A DNA stretch of 41,848 nt from positions 1-41,848 of IMG/VR virus record IMGVR_UViG_3300048579_000420; one strand, given 5' to 3'. Source of the DNA: a virus. Its lineage: Duplodnaviria; Caudoviricetes. Position 1 is the stretch's first letter, and each line of letters opens with the position of its first letter. The position numbers were made by a program, and so were the translations under genes. Below the pieces are notes generated by a model. The model did no database searches and had not been told where the DNA came from. It saw only the letters and a list, made by a program, of their open reading frames with translations. Positions 32,936 to 41,848 of this stretch are shown one piece after another.

Positions 32936-35374
32936 ATGCGTCACGTCGATTCCGCGTACCTCAATATGATCGCCAGAATGCACTACCAGGCCGACTACCT
33001 ATTCCGCTTGGTCACCCAGGACGGTAAGGTCTACCCTATCCCCTCTCGGGCTGTCCTGAGCGCCCCGGCAAGCGCCTCGGTCAACTCCCCGGCCACATGG
33101 GAAATGCCCGTCAGTATCATGGCCTCGATGCTGCCTCGGGGCGTAGCCCCCCAGCAATACCATGGCATCGAGGTCGATCGCCTCATGAAGGGCAACCGCA
33201 TGCCGTACTTCCGTGGGCTGATCGATGAGGTGCGGCGGGGATGGGGGGTCGAGAACGGTGTCAGGGTCCAGACGATGGAGATGCAGGCCTTTGGCGTACT
33301 CCAGCGGACCAAGGGCTATCGTGTGGACAGCTTGCAGTTGAATCCCGTGACCCAGGATGGCGACAGGCAGATGATGGGCCTCGGGAAGTGGATTACCTGG
33401 GCTCCAGGAACCTTGAAGTCACCTGGCGGCACCGATCAGATACCCTATGGAGGTGCAACGCTGGGTGAAGTCTTCATTTTGCCAGCCCCTGCTACTGGAC
33501 CGGCCTACCAGGAGGGGACCGACTACACGGTCGATCGCACCAAGATACCGATCGTGATTACCTGGATTACGACTCCCGCCACCACCAGACAAATTTGGTA
33601 TGACAAGTTGGAGCGCTTCGTGGTGCCGTATCTGACGGCGACAAGGTACTTGACTCTCCCGCCAGGCCGGGACTACAACGACCTCTATCACACCTATGTG
33701 CTAGATTTCCTGCCCGGCTCCCCGGACAAGATCCGCGTAGCTGATCGGACGGGGTATGGCACTGAGTACGCCATCCCGCAGGATGATTACCTGATCATCA
33801 CGACCTCAGACGGAACCGAGCATATCATTGAGCGGGGGGCGGCGGCGGATCTCGATGGATGGATGGATCTCCAAGATCCACTTCCTTCAGGTATCGCGAA
33901 GGGTGATCCGGTCAGGCTCCCGACGACGGAGGCCTTCAGCGCGTGGGCAGATAATCGGTACCTGAGCTTCGCCAAGACAAGTGATCCGAATAACCCAGTT
34001 CTCGTCTGGAACTCGCGACTTTTCAAGGCGTATCCCCAGCTCGGGTATGCCGTGCCTACCCCTAGGGTCTGGAGCGATAACGAAGACGTCTATATCGGGT
34101 CATTTCTGCTGGGTAATGGCATTGGCTCTGGATTCGGCTACATCCGGGAAGATGTGGACGCTAATCGAATCGAGGAGGTGGTGAAGTATATCTTGACAAC
34201 CGAGACAGGGTTATTCGATCCGAGTGAGATTGTCACCGAGCCCACTGGAGTTTACGTCAAGAATCGCACGTGGAGCGGGATTCAGCTTCCAGACCTTCTG
34301 TCGGAGTTCAAGGATCAGGCGATGAGCCCAAACACCTTCGTCCACGACACTCAGGACGGCAAGGTCACGATCAAGCCGTACCGGCAAAAACCAAAGCCGG
34401 ATTGGGTGATGCGGGGGATCCAGCGCGTCGAGGAGACGGAGGTGCCGGAGCCGATCACAGCGGTGACGGTGATTGCCGAGGCCGCGGAGCCAGTAAATCT
34501 AGCTGGTGAGTGGATTTTCACCGTGGAGGGGGCGGAATTTCCGGAGCGAATCACGGATCAGATCACCTCTGGTGGGCCAGATGTACCTACGGGATCCGAT
34601 ACCCCAGATGGACATATAGGCGCCATCTTTCAGATCCCCCGCCCCGAGCCATCAACTGCCCACCCTCTGATCAGCGAGATCAGGATCACTGCTACCGGCC
34701 AAGTCACCATGTTCTTTTCCGAAGACCTGAGCTTCGCCAATGTGTGGATCCTCCCGGGAATGAGCTCCCGGCAGATCGACTCCGGGACGGTTACGATCGG
34801 ATCAGAGGAAATTGCGCGCGCCATCACAACTGATGCGGGATATCTGGTCGTAATCATTGAGTCTGTGGTAGATGGCGACACGATGGCGGGCTCCGTTGAG
34901 ATCCCCGCCACCTGCTCCGAGATCGAAATCCTCACCAAAAAAGCCGGCTACTGGCGGGCCGCCCTCACCGACGACACCGACCTCGCCCCCGCCGACCAGG
35001 GGCCCAATCGCTTCGGTACGATCTGGCGTCAGCCCGACCCAACCAAGCGCATGAGCTACCGCTACGCCCCGACGAGCTACCTCAAGCGGGTGCAAGTGCT
35101 CTACCCGGACAAGGCGAGGGATGAGGTCAAGAGCATGGCGGGGATCAGCCAGCAGGACACCAGAGACTACGCCGAGCGGTGGCAGGATGAGCGGGTGAGG
35201 GCAGGCAACGCCTATACCGTCATCGCCCCCTACGATGACCGTGCAGAGCTGGGAGACACGGTACACGTGGCATGGGAGGGGTTCAGCAAGAATCTCTTGC
35301 TCTGGGGCATCCAGGGGCCAGCCAATCCCAGAGAGGTGATGGCGACGTACACCTTCCACGACTACGGACTATGA
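32936..35374 (+). CDS. Tail tip/baseplate hub-like protein
   Basis: 812 aa after TMP; YFRGLIDEV, DGKVTIKP and ELGDTV.V motifs typical of hub/Tal folds. Confidence 0.65.
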   Translation: MRHVDSAYLNMIARMHYQADYLFRLVTQDGKVYPIPSRAVLSAPASASVNSPATWEMPVSIMASMLPRGVAPQQYHGIEVDRLMKGNRMPYFRGLIDEVRRGWGVENGVRVQTMEMQAFGVLQRTKGYRVDSLQLNPVTQDGDRQMMGLGKWITWAPGTLKSPGGTDQIPYGGATLGEVFILPAPATGPAYQEGTDYTVDRTKIPIVITWITTPATTRQIWYDKLERFVVPYLTATRYLTLPPGRDYNDLYHTYVLDFLPGSPDKIRVADRTGYGTEYAIPQDDYLIITTSDGTEHIIERGAAADLDGWMDLQDPLPSGIAKGDPVRLPTTEAFSAWADNRYLSFAKTSDPNNPVLVWNSRLFKAYPQLGYAVPTPRVWSDNEDVYIGSFLLGNGIGSGFGYIREDVDANRIEEVVKYILTTETGLFDPSEIVTEPTGVYVKNRTWSGIQLPDLLSEFKDQAMSPNTFVHDTQDGKVTIKPYRQKPKPDWVMRGIQRVEETEVPEPITAVTVIAEAAEPVNLAGEWIFTVEGAEFPERITDQITSGGPDVPTGSDTPDGHIGAIFQIPRPEPSTAHPLISEIRITATGQVTMFFSEDLSFANVWILPGMSSRQIDSGTVTIGSEEIARAITTDAGYLVVIIESVVDGDTMAGSVEIPATCSEIEILTKKAGYWRAALTDDTDLAPADQGPNRFGTIWRQPDPTKRMSYRYAPTSYLKRVQVLYPDKARDEVKSMAGISQQDTRDYAERWQDERVRAGNAYTVIAPYDDRAELGDTVHVAWEGFSKNLLLWGIQGPANPREVMATYTFHDYGL

Positions 35375-35413
35375 CCCCCGGCACCGCGCCGGGGGTTTCT
35401 CATTGGAGGCACC

Positions 35414-38290
35414 ATGGCAAGGCAACCTTCCGTCAAAGTCAATGGCTACGAGGTGGGCGACCACCCTGCGCGCCGCATCGTCTGGGCGGAGACGGAGGGG
35501 CTCCTGGAGCCCACCAAGCCCTCCCCCTGGGCCTCCTTCGAGACCTTCGCGGGGCCTGGGGCGAACGACGGCGGGGACATGGACTATCCCGTCCGCCGTC
35601 TCTCGATCGTCGTCCGGATCACCAGGCAAAGCGGCTTCCTGAGCAAGCACGAGGCCTTGGCCACGCTCGCCAGCATCTTCTCCGGCAAGCCCGCGATCGT
35701 CCAGGTGGGGAGCCTCTACCTGGAGGCCGAGTTCAGCCCCCCGCAGGTGATCGCCGACGCCTGGAAGCTCGGCTCGGGCTACCTGACGGTCCGCTTCGAG
35801 GGCGAGGCCATCCCCGGCACCTACTGGGGCTCTTACGGCTACGAGAAGGGTCGGGCGCAGGGGATCGTGGTCCAGGACGATCGCCCCGACCACCCGTCGC
35901 TCATCGCCTCGGGCAACTCCTTCGTCATCCAGGGACTGGGGACCGCTCCCTCGGAGGCCGTGATCCAGGTCACGAATACCTCGCTGCCCGACACGACGGT
36001 CTACCTGCGGGGGGCTCAGGGGCAGATCGTACCGGTGAATCTCGACGCTACGGGCTACGGACGGATTGACGAGGGGTACGGCTTCCTGCTCTACCCCGGA
36101 GCCAATACCGTGCGGATCGTGGACGCTGCGGGGGCGCTGATCAGCACAGGCACCTTCGCGACCTGCTTCTACGGGACGCGCTGGAGGCACATCGGCAACA
36201 CAGGCAACCGCCTTGCGGACGGGCCGACCTTCCAGTTTGCCCGCACCGGCTCCGCCACCTACCTCTCCCTCGACGGCCAGCTCCGGACGGCTGGGGATGG
36301 GGAGGCGCGGATCGGCTTTCCGGGGGCGGTGGGGCGGCGGAACTACGTCTCCAACTCCAACAACTTCCAGACGGCTCAAAACAGCTTCTTCGGCGGCGCT
36401 GGGAGCGTGACGGCGGGCTACAGCACCTTCGAGGGTGATCCTACCAGCAAGGTCTCGCTTGCGGCCGGGGCCACGTTCCGTACCACGGTGAGCGGCTTAA
36501 CCACGGGTGTGGCCTATGTCGTGAGCTTCTGGGCTCGCGTCCTCACTACCGGCTCGGTTCGCCTCACCCTCGATCTCAAGGACGGCGCCACGCAAAACCT
36601 CGACCTGACGACGACCCTCACCCGTCACAGCCTGACCCTCACGGCTGGATCGTCTGCCGGCGTGGATATGTGGGCCTCGGCGGGGGCGCTGGACTTCGAG
36701 ATCCGCGGCCTGCAAGTCTCCGACACCCTCTCCGCCTACCAGCCGACGAAGGACGGCGCGATCGACTACTCCCACCCCCTGCTCGGGGGCGGGGTGGTGC
36801 TGGAGGGAGGGGCCACCAACCTCCTCAGCAGCAACCAGGCCACAGGCACCGACGCTCTCGGAGACACCACCGGATTCTCAAAAAATAATGGCATCGAGAC
36901 GCTATCTAGCGACACAGGGACGTATTATCAGGGCGCCCGCTCGCTGAAATGTACGGTCAGCGGGACGACAGCTTATCAAGGGATCTTCCTGGCGACCGCA
37001 CCAGTCACGGCGGGAAAGACTTACACCTTCCAGGCTGTGATAAAGGGGGCAGGCGCAGGGTTAGGCTATATCGTCTTGACTGACAATGGATCGACCCCCC
37101 AAACGGTCACAAAAACAGTCAGCGTCACCACCGACTGGCAGTTTGTTTCCGTGACCATCACAGCAAGCGCTGGATCTACCACCGTCAAACCCGCGTTTTA
37201 CTTCCCGAACAGCGCCCCGGTAAGCTTCTGGATTGACGCCTTGATGGTCGCGGAAGGCCCCTTTTCAACCTCTTGGGTAGACGGCGCCCGCGCTGCCGAC
37301 CTCCTCGGCATCGTCCCGCTTCACAACCTGCTCCGCTGGAGCGAGGATCTGACGCAAGCGAGCGCCTGGGTTACAGGCTCCTCTATGGCAATCACAAAAG
37401 CAGGGGGCGACAACACGCTAACCCTCGTAAGTGCAAACTCTGAGGTAATACAGGCCTCTGGGGCCACCAACGTAGCAGGCAAGACCTACACGGCAGCGGT
37501 TCGGGTGAAGCTCGGCACCTTGTCTGGCAACATCCGAATTCAGCTGATCGACCAATCCAACCTGATCGCTCAAACGCAGATTTTCACCTCAGCGCTATCT
37601 GCGAGCGAATATCGGACATTCTACGTAACGGGCACAATGGGCTCCTCGGCTACTCAGGCACGGGTAAAGCTCATCGGGCAATCCGGCTCAGGGACGGTCT
37701 TAGTGGAATCAGTGAGACTGCTCGAAGGCTCCCACCCCGGCATCTACGTCCCGACCACCGACGCCCCGATCCTCCCCCCGCCCAGCCCGGTACTGGATCC
37801 GGCGTGGAGCCAGAATGGGCGGGTTCGGTTCACCGGAATTTTTCCCGATGTCAACGTGAACGGTAGAAACTTTGGGCTTTTCGGTGGCTTCGGTGGCTTC
37901 GGTGCTACTCCAGATCTTTGTCTCTGGAAATACGACACATGGGGGCAGTATAGAAACATTTCTTTTTCGAGGCGCGATAGTTCCGGGGTGCTGCGTCACC
38001 TACAACCTGCGCCTACAACTGACTTGGCTGACGGCACACCTCACGACGTTGAGCTTGAGTGGACCAACGAGATCAGCGAGGCTACGGGCGTCCGTCAGAT
38101 GTGGATGCGCATCTACATCGACGGCGTGAAGGTAGCGGAGCAGGACGTAGCCGCTCTCTACGGCGCTACGGCCTGGGCTCCCCTTGATGCAAGCCGCCTG
38201 ATCAGCGACGGCTCCGTGCATGCGGTGCTCTCGCGGATCGCCCTCGACTACCCCACCCCCCGCGCCGGATGGCGTCAGGTCACGCAATAG
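35414..38290 (+). CDS. Distal tail (Dit-like) protein fused to repeated carbohydrate-binding-like modules (receptor-binding)
   Basis: LYPGANTVRI Dit-type motif; modules beginning RNYV/TNLL/HNLL with G..Y..S.W and FWID.LMV.EG patterns. Confidence 0.7.
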   Translation: MARQPSVKVNGYEVGDHPARRIVWAETEGLLEPTKPSPWASFETFAGPGANDGGDMDYPVRRLSIVVRITRQSGFLSKHEALATLASIFSGKPAIVQVGSLYLEAEFSPPQVIADAWKLGSGYLTVRFEGEAIPGTYWGSYGYEKGRAQGIVVQDDRPDHPSLIASGNSFVIQGLGTAPSEAVIQVTNTSLPDTTVYLRGAQGQIVPVNLDATGYGRIDEGYGFLLYPGANTVRIVDAAGALISTGTFATCFYGTRWRHIGNTGNRLADGPTFQFARTGSATYLSLDGQLRTAGDGEARIGFPGAVGRRNYVSNSNNFQTAQNSFFGGAGSVTAGYSTFEGDPTSKVSLAAGATFRTTVSGLTTGVAYVVSFWARVLTTGSVRLTLDLKDGATQNLDLTTTLTRHSLTLTAGSSAGVDMWASAGALDFEIRGLQVSDTLSAYQPTKDGAIDYSHPLLGGGVVLEGGATNLLSSNQATGTDALGDTTGFSKNNGIETLSSDTGTYYQGARSLKCTVSGTTAYQGIFLATAPVTAGKTYTFQAVIKGAGAGLGYIVLTDNGSTPQTVTKTVSVTTDWQFVSVTITASAGSTTVKPAFYFPNSAPVSFWIDALMVAEGPFSTSWVDGARAADLLGIVPLHNLLRWSEDLTQASAWVTGSSMAITKAGGDNTLTLVSANSEVIQASGATNVAGKTYTAAVRVKLGTLSGNIRIQLIDQSNLIAQTQIFTSALSASEYRTFYVTGTMGSSATQARVKLIGQSGSGTVLVESVRLLEGSHPGIYVPTTDAPILPPPSPVLDPAWSQNGRVRFTGIFPDVNVNGRNFGLFGGFGGFGATPDLCLWKYDTWGQYRNISFSRRDSSGVLRHLQPAPTTDLADGTPHDVELEWTNEISEATGVRQMWMRIYIDGVKVAEQDVAALYGATAWAPLDASRLISDGSVHAVLSRIALDYPTPRAGWRQVTQ

Positions 38291-38298
38291 GAGGCCCC

Positions 38299-38451
38299 AT
38301 GGACAAGCAACAGCTCCTCGACAAGCTCTGGCAGATCCTCGACGGCATCGACCGGACGGAGACGGACCGGGACGGCTGGTGGGAGACTTCCACCGGAGCG
38401 ACCTTCGGAGCCGGAGTCCTCAGGCAGATCGAGGATGCCTTCCGCGAATAA
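38299..38451 (+). CDS. Hypothetical protein (50 aa)
   Basis: AGGAGG RBS; GWWETSTGA.FG motif. Confidence 0.65.
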   Translation: MDKQQLLDKLWQILDGIDRTETDRDGWWETSTGATFGAGVLRQIEDAFRE

Positions 38452-38464
38452 CCCGACACCCACC

Positions 38465-38491
38465 GCCCCCGCCTCGCGCGGGGGCTTTCTT
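38465..38491 (+). terminator. Terminator-like hairpin
   Basis: GCCCCCGC-CTCGC-GCGGGGGC followed by TTTCTT. Confidence 0.55.
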
Positions 38492-38506
38492 CATGGAGGA
38501 CACCCC

Positions 38507-38779
38507 ATGGCCCAGCCCATCACCCCCTTGCACACCCACCGCGAGATCGAGGCCTTCGCCGCTGATCTTCGCGCCGAGACGATCACCCTCTCCTGCACGG
38601 AGGGGACTGCGGACGAAGGCGGCACCTACCAGCCCGCCCGGCCCTTCGAACGCGTCATAGACGGCGAGGCCTTCGCAGCGATTGCCTCGACCGTCATCAC
38701 CATCCAGACGCCGCACCAGACCGAGCAGATCACCGTGCGCGAGCTGCTCAAGCGCCTGCTCTACCCGCACGTCCTGTAG
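38507..38779 (+). CDS. Hypothetical protein
   Basis: GGAGG RBS; ATG 38507. Confidence 0.65.
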   Translation: MAQPITPLHTHREIEAFAADLRAETITLSCTEGTADEGGTYQPARPFERVIDGEAFAAIASTVITIQTPHQTEQITVRELLKRLLYPHVL

Positions 38780-39013
38780 GTGGCGCCCGTGATCGCCCGC
38801 GACAAGTTCGGCCATGCCGCAGCCGGCGCCGTGATCGCCTGCCTGGCCTGCCTGCTCACCCGATCCACGTCCTTCGCCGCCCTGGCCGTCCTCATGGCCG
38901 CCGTGGGCAAGGAGGCCTGGGACGCGATGGGGCACGGCACCCCGGACCCCTGGGACGTGCTGGCGACCATGGCAGGCGGGGCTCCCGTCATCCTGATCGC
39001 CCTCACTCTCTAG
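38780..39013 (+). CDS. Small membrane protein (VanZ/YfiM-like)
   Basis: DK..H...G, KE.WD..G..D..D..AT..G motif; hydrophobic. Confidence 0.65.
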   Translation: MAPVIARDKFGHAAAGAVIACLACLLTRSTSFAALAVLMAAVGKEAWDAMGHGTPDPWDVLATMAGGAPVILIALTL

Positions 39014-39030
39014 CCTGAAAGGACCGCTCC

Positions 39031-39546
39031 ATGAGCACACGCTCCATCCTCGCCACCATCCCGCACGTCATGGGCCAGCTCCTGGACGCGGCCCCCCTCA
39101 AGATCGCCGTCGCCCTGGTCGTCACCATCGGCGGCTGGCTTACCTCTCCCGGCCTCTACCAGGTCGCCGTATGGGCCCTCATCCTCGACTGGGTGACGGG
39201 CACCAGCAAGGCCATGCTCCTGCGCCAGGTCCACTCGGACGCGGGCGTGAGGGGCGCCATCAAGACCACGATCTACCTCGCGCTCCTGGGCTGCGGCTAT
39301 GCCATGACCCACGCTGGCCCGATCGCATCTCAGGCCGGGGAGTGGGTCGCGCTCCTGATCCTCTACACCGAGGCCGTGAGCAATCTGGAAAACACCGACT
39401 CGATCACCCGCCGCCTGGGGTACGACGTGCCGCTCCTGCGCCGCCTGATCGGGCTTCTCAGGATGCGCGCCGAGGAGATCGCCCCCGAGGAGCCTGCCGA
39501 CAAGCCTACCGACAAGCCCGAGAAGGAGGAAACCCATGCGCCTTAG
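39031..39546 (+). CDS. Phage holin (holin_4-like)
   Basis: LDWVTG..KA..S..G..G..K..EA.S.LEN; several TM helices. Confidence 0.85.
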   Translation: MSTRSILATIPHVMGQLLDAAPLKIAVALVVTIGGWLTSPGLYQVAVWALILDWVTGTSKAMLLRQVHSDAGVRGAIKTTIYLALLGCGYAMTHAGPIASQAGEWVALLILYTEAVSNLENTDSITRRLGYDVPLLRRLIGLLRMRAEEIAPEEPADKPTDKPEKEETHAP

Positions 39547-39907
39547 TCCCAATTTCAACCTCATCGAATTCGCGTGCCGCTGTGGCTGCGGCGGCGAGCA
39601 AGCCCCCGAGATCGTCGCCAACCTCATGCGCGTCGCGGCCATGCTAGAGAAGGTCCGGCAGGCCTGCGGCGGCAAGCCTCTGCACGTTACATCGGGCTAC
39701 CGCTGCCCCAAGCACAACGCCAACGTGGGCGGCGCCAAGGCGTCGCTCCACCTGACAGGGAAGGCGGCGGACGTGACCTGCGCCACCCTCTCCCCCGTCG
39801 AGGTCCAACGGATCGCCCGCGGCGTCCCCGAAGTCCACGGCCTGGGCCTGGGCAAGACCTTCACGCATCTCGACGTGCGGGGCCACCGCGTCGAGTTTCC
39901 GTACTGA
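39536..39907 (+). CDS. Endolysin, peptidase M15A family
   Basis: NF.L.EF.C.C, SGYRC..HN..VGGA..S.H..G.AAD, FTHLDVR. Confidence 0.92.
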   Translation: MRLSPNFNLIEFACRCGCGGEQAPEIVANLMRVAAMLEKVRQACGGKPLHVTSGYRCPKHNANVGGAKASLHLTGKAADVTCATLSPVEVQRIARGVPEVHGLGLGKTFTHLDVRGHRVEFPY

Positions 39908-39916
39908 GGAGGGGAC

Positions 39917-40606
39917 ATGGACAGCCTTGACCCCACCGAGGGACGACTCCCCGCCGCCATCGCCGCCGTCGCCCTGGTCGTCGGGGCGATCGTCGCGCTG
40001 CTCGTCGTCGGCTCCCTCATGGCTCGATGCTCGATGCCTGCGGAATCACCACCGAATGACGCAATGGAACAGCCGAATGGAACACAATCAACCGCCCAAG
40101 CCACCGCAACCGCCTCTCAGGCCGTCCGGGTCACGATCACCCGAAAACCGGCCTCGCAGGACGCCCCACAAGCGACGAGGCGGGGCGAGCCGGGGGGATT
40201 GGGCCTATCAGGCGGGGATGGCGGCTCCACGGCCCCCACGGACGGCGAGAGCATCACCATTGAGGTTTCTCAGGCTGTCGGAGTGGCTGCGGGGGCTTCG
40301 GCGAGCGTTTCGGCTCCAACTTTCGGCAATCTGCCGAAGGTTGACCATGCCCGCCTCGGCCTCGTCGCCATCACCGCCCCCGGCATCCTCGCCGCCGACT
40401 ACCAGCTCCTGCGCCTCGACGCATCGCCCCTCTCGCGGCCCGCCCTCGGCGTGGACCTGGAGCTAGGCCTGGACGTGGCTGGCAATGCCCAGGTTGGGGC
40501 GCTGGGCGTGACGGCGGGGGGCAAAGCGTTTTCAGGGGCTTGGGCGTGGTCCAGGTGGGACCTGGGAGAGCAGGGGGTGGCGATGGGGGTTGGGTTGAGG
40601 TTCTAG
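39917..40606 (+). CDS. Membrane protein at the spanin position
   Basis: N-terminal TM helix, low-complexity linker, amphipathic beta strands ending GVGLRF. Confidence 0.6.
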   Translation: MDSLDPTEGRLPAAIAAVALVVGAIVALLVVGSLMARCSMPAESPPNDAMEQPNGTQSTAQATATASQAVRVTITRKPASQDAPQATRRGEPGGLGLSGGDGGSTAPTDGESITIEVSQAVGVAAGASASVSAPTFGNLPKVDHARLGLVAITAPGILAADYQLLRLDASPLSRPALGVDLELGLDVAGNAQVGALGVTAGGKAFSGAWAWSRWDLGEQGVAMGVGLRF

Positions 40607-40615
40607 GAGGGGCGG

Positions 40616-40645
40616 TTGACGTCGGTCTCATGTTTTGATTACAAT
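40616..40645 (+). promoter_or_regulatory. Sigma70-type promoter for a small RNA
   Basis: TTGACG (40616-40621), 18 nt, TACAAT (40640-40645). Confidence 0.7.
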
Positions 40646-40647
40646 CA

Positions 40648-40677
40648 ATCATCCTCACAGCACGTGGGGGTGGACCG
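40648..40677 (+). CRISPR. Solitary type I-E-like CRISPR repeat unit (not an array)
   Basis: ATCATCCTCACAGCACGTGGGGGTGGACCG: stem CCTCAC/GTGGGG plus 8-nt 3' tag GTGGACCG. Confidence 0.7.
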
Positions 40678-40701
40678 CAAAAAACGAGGAGCTTCCTCGT
40701 C

Positions 40702-40731
40702 GCCCCGCCAGCTTCGGTTGGCGGGGCTTTT
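40702..40731 (+). terminator. Intrinsic terminator closing the repeat transcript
   Basis: GCCCCGCCAGC-TTCG-GTTGGCGGGGC followed by TTTT. Confidence 0.8.
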
Positions 40732-40764
40732 CGCGTTTCTCCGGGAATTTTTTTGGGAGAGGGG

Positions 40765-40793
40765 TTGACAGTATGATTTATTCGCGATAATAT
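40765..40793 (+). promoter_or_regulatory. Strong sigma70-type promoter
   Basis: TTGACA (40765-40770), 17 nt, TAATAT (40788-40793); overlapping imperfect inverted repeat. Confidence 0.75.
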
Positions 40794-40856
40794 CAATATA
40801 TCGGGTGAGCGGTTCATCCGAGCGCACCGGGGAAACCCGAGAAAAGGAGAAACACC

Positions 40857-41168
40857 ATGGCCAGCAAGATCGATCAGATGATGGCTTCCTATCGCGAGGT
40901 CTTCGAGGTCTACAAGACCTTCCAGGCAGAGCATGAGCGCCTGGAGTCCGAGTATTCGAAGGGGTACTACGAGGCGGAGGTCGGTCCCCACAAGAACATT
41001 TGGAATGACGCCGCAACGGCGGCGAATTCTGCCCGCCTTGATGCCGCCGACGCGGCCCGCGCCGCAGTTGCCGCCGTGCTGAACCGCCTTGGCGACGCTA
41101 TCAACGAGGCAGAGGGTCGCCATGATGTCGAGGGGGCCGAGATGGTGGTCTACCAGAACTGGACCTAA
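40857..41168 (+). CDS. Small acidic hypothetical protein (anti-defence candidate)
   Basis: AAAGGAG RBS; 103 aa with 18 D/E against 10 K/R. Confidence 0.75.
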   Translation: MASKIDQMMASYREVFEVYKTFQAEHERLESEYSKGYYEAEVGPHKNIWNDAATAANSARLDAADAARAAVAAVLNRLGDAINEAEGRHDVEGAEMVVYQNWT

Positions 41169-41269
41169 CTCCACCTCATGGGCCCGGAGCGCCTTGCTCC
41201 GGGCACCCCCTAAGCCCCTACGGTGGGGCTGAGCACACCCGGCATCCGCCGGAGATAGGAGCTACCCCC

Positions 41270-41848
41270 ATGCCAACCATCACCCGCGTCCTCTATGCCT
41301 CCAAGGAGGGTCACCAGGGCCTCATGAGGGTCCAGGTAGACCCTTCCCAGATCCAAACCGCCCTCGGCCGCTGGCTCGCGGAGACGGTCGAGACGACAGA
41401 CCGCACAGACGAGGCATCCATCGTGCGAATCCTCCTGCCTGCCACGGAGATCGGCATGAGCGTCCGCGAGATGGGCGAGCGCCTGATCCGCCGCACCGAG
41501 ATCCTGAGCGCGCGCGAACTGGAGGGACTACTCCAGGAGGTCGAGGTCTGGGCGACCAAGCTCCGCGCCGAGTCGAGGGTCTACGGCCGCAGCCTCTACG
41601 GGCGCCGGATCTACGAGTACCGCTGGCCCGTCTACCGGCCTGACCAGCAGACCCCGGAGAGCTACTGGGACGAGGCGGCGGGCGAGATCCGCGGGACAGG
41701 TGGGGCGATCCTCTATGCTGGCCTCAGTGAGCGCCGCCCGCCTACCAGCCTAGTGCGCACGATGGCCGGGGGGCGTGGCGCTCAACTGATCGAGTCGTGG
41801 AGCCGCCTCGGAGAGGCAGAGAGGAGTGATCATGGCCGAGGAGCATAA
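41270..41848 (+). CDS. Hypothetical protein
   Basis: AGGAG RBS; 192-aa ORF reaching the window end. Confidence 0.7.
   Translation: MPTITRVLYASKEGHQGLMRVQVDPSQIQTALGRWLAETVETTDRTDEASIVRILLPATEIGMSVREMGERLIRRTEILSARELEGLLQEVEVWATKLRAESRVYGRSLYGRRIYEYRWPVYRPDQQTPESYWDEAAGEIRGTGGAILYAGLSERRPPTSLVRTMAGGRGAQLIESWSRLGEAERSDHGRGA

Larger units (their letters stand above)
1..41848. mobile_element. Temperate phage/prophage (Mu-like head genes, non-contractile tail); ends and integrase not in window
   Basis: Ordered immunity, replication, packaging, head, tail and lysis modules; no host housekeeping genes. Confidence 0.95.

Noticed and set aside
40678-40698. Self-targeting match of the short spacer within the window
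   Set aside because: By eye only a 7-nt CAAAAAA match (minus strand near 40749-40755) without a I-E PAM; not significant, and no exhaustive search was possible
1-41848. Integrase, att sites, transposase, tail sheath, cas genes
   Set aside because: No recognisable motifs; the window starts and ends at stop codons, so integration functions may lie outside it

Overview
The whole window is a GC-rich temperate phage or prophage with a siphovirus-type (sheathless) tail; no integrase or att site is visible. From left to right: an immunity region (DUF4236 protein, ImmA/IrrE-like protein, XRE repressor, four operators, Cro); a long rightward early operon (boxA-bearing structured leader, pentapeptide-repeat protein, Rad52-like annealing protein, SSB, clamp-like protein, replication initiator with putative origin, C5 methyltransferase, RecU, MT-A70 methyltransferase, HAD protein, putative late regulator); a late leader with tRNA-Met(CAT), two aberrant tRNA-like elements and spoVS; packaging, Mu-like head and neck genes; tail genes; a lysis cassette; and a terminal accessory locus. 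Top leads: (1) a separately promoted and terminated solitary type I-E-like CRISPR repeat at 40.6-40.7 kb (candidate RNA anti-CRISPR or regulatory crRNA mimic) next to a strongly promoted candidate anti-defence operon; (2) spoVS (Alba-like fold) flanked by an enlarged and a shrunken tRNA mimic; (3) a second protein nested in the +1 frame of the C5 methyltransferase; (4) a lysis-cassette protein with an N-terminal TM helix and a C-terminal beta-signal. All family calls come from motif recognition by eye; no database search or folding program was run.
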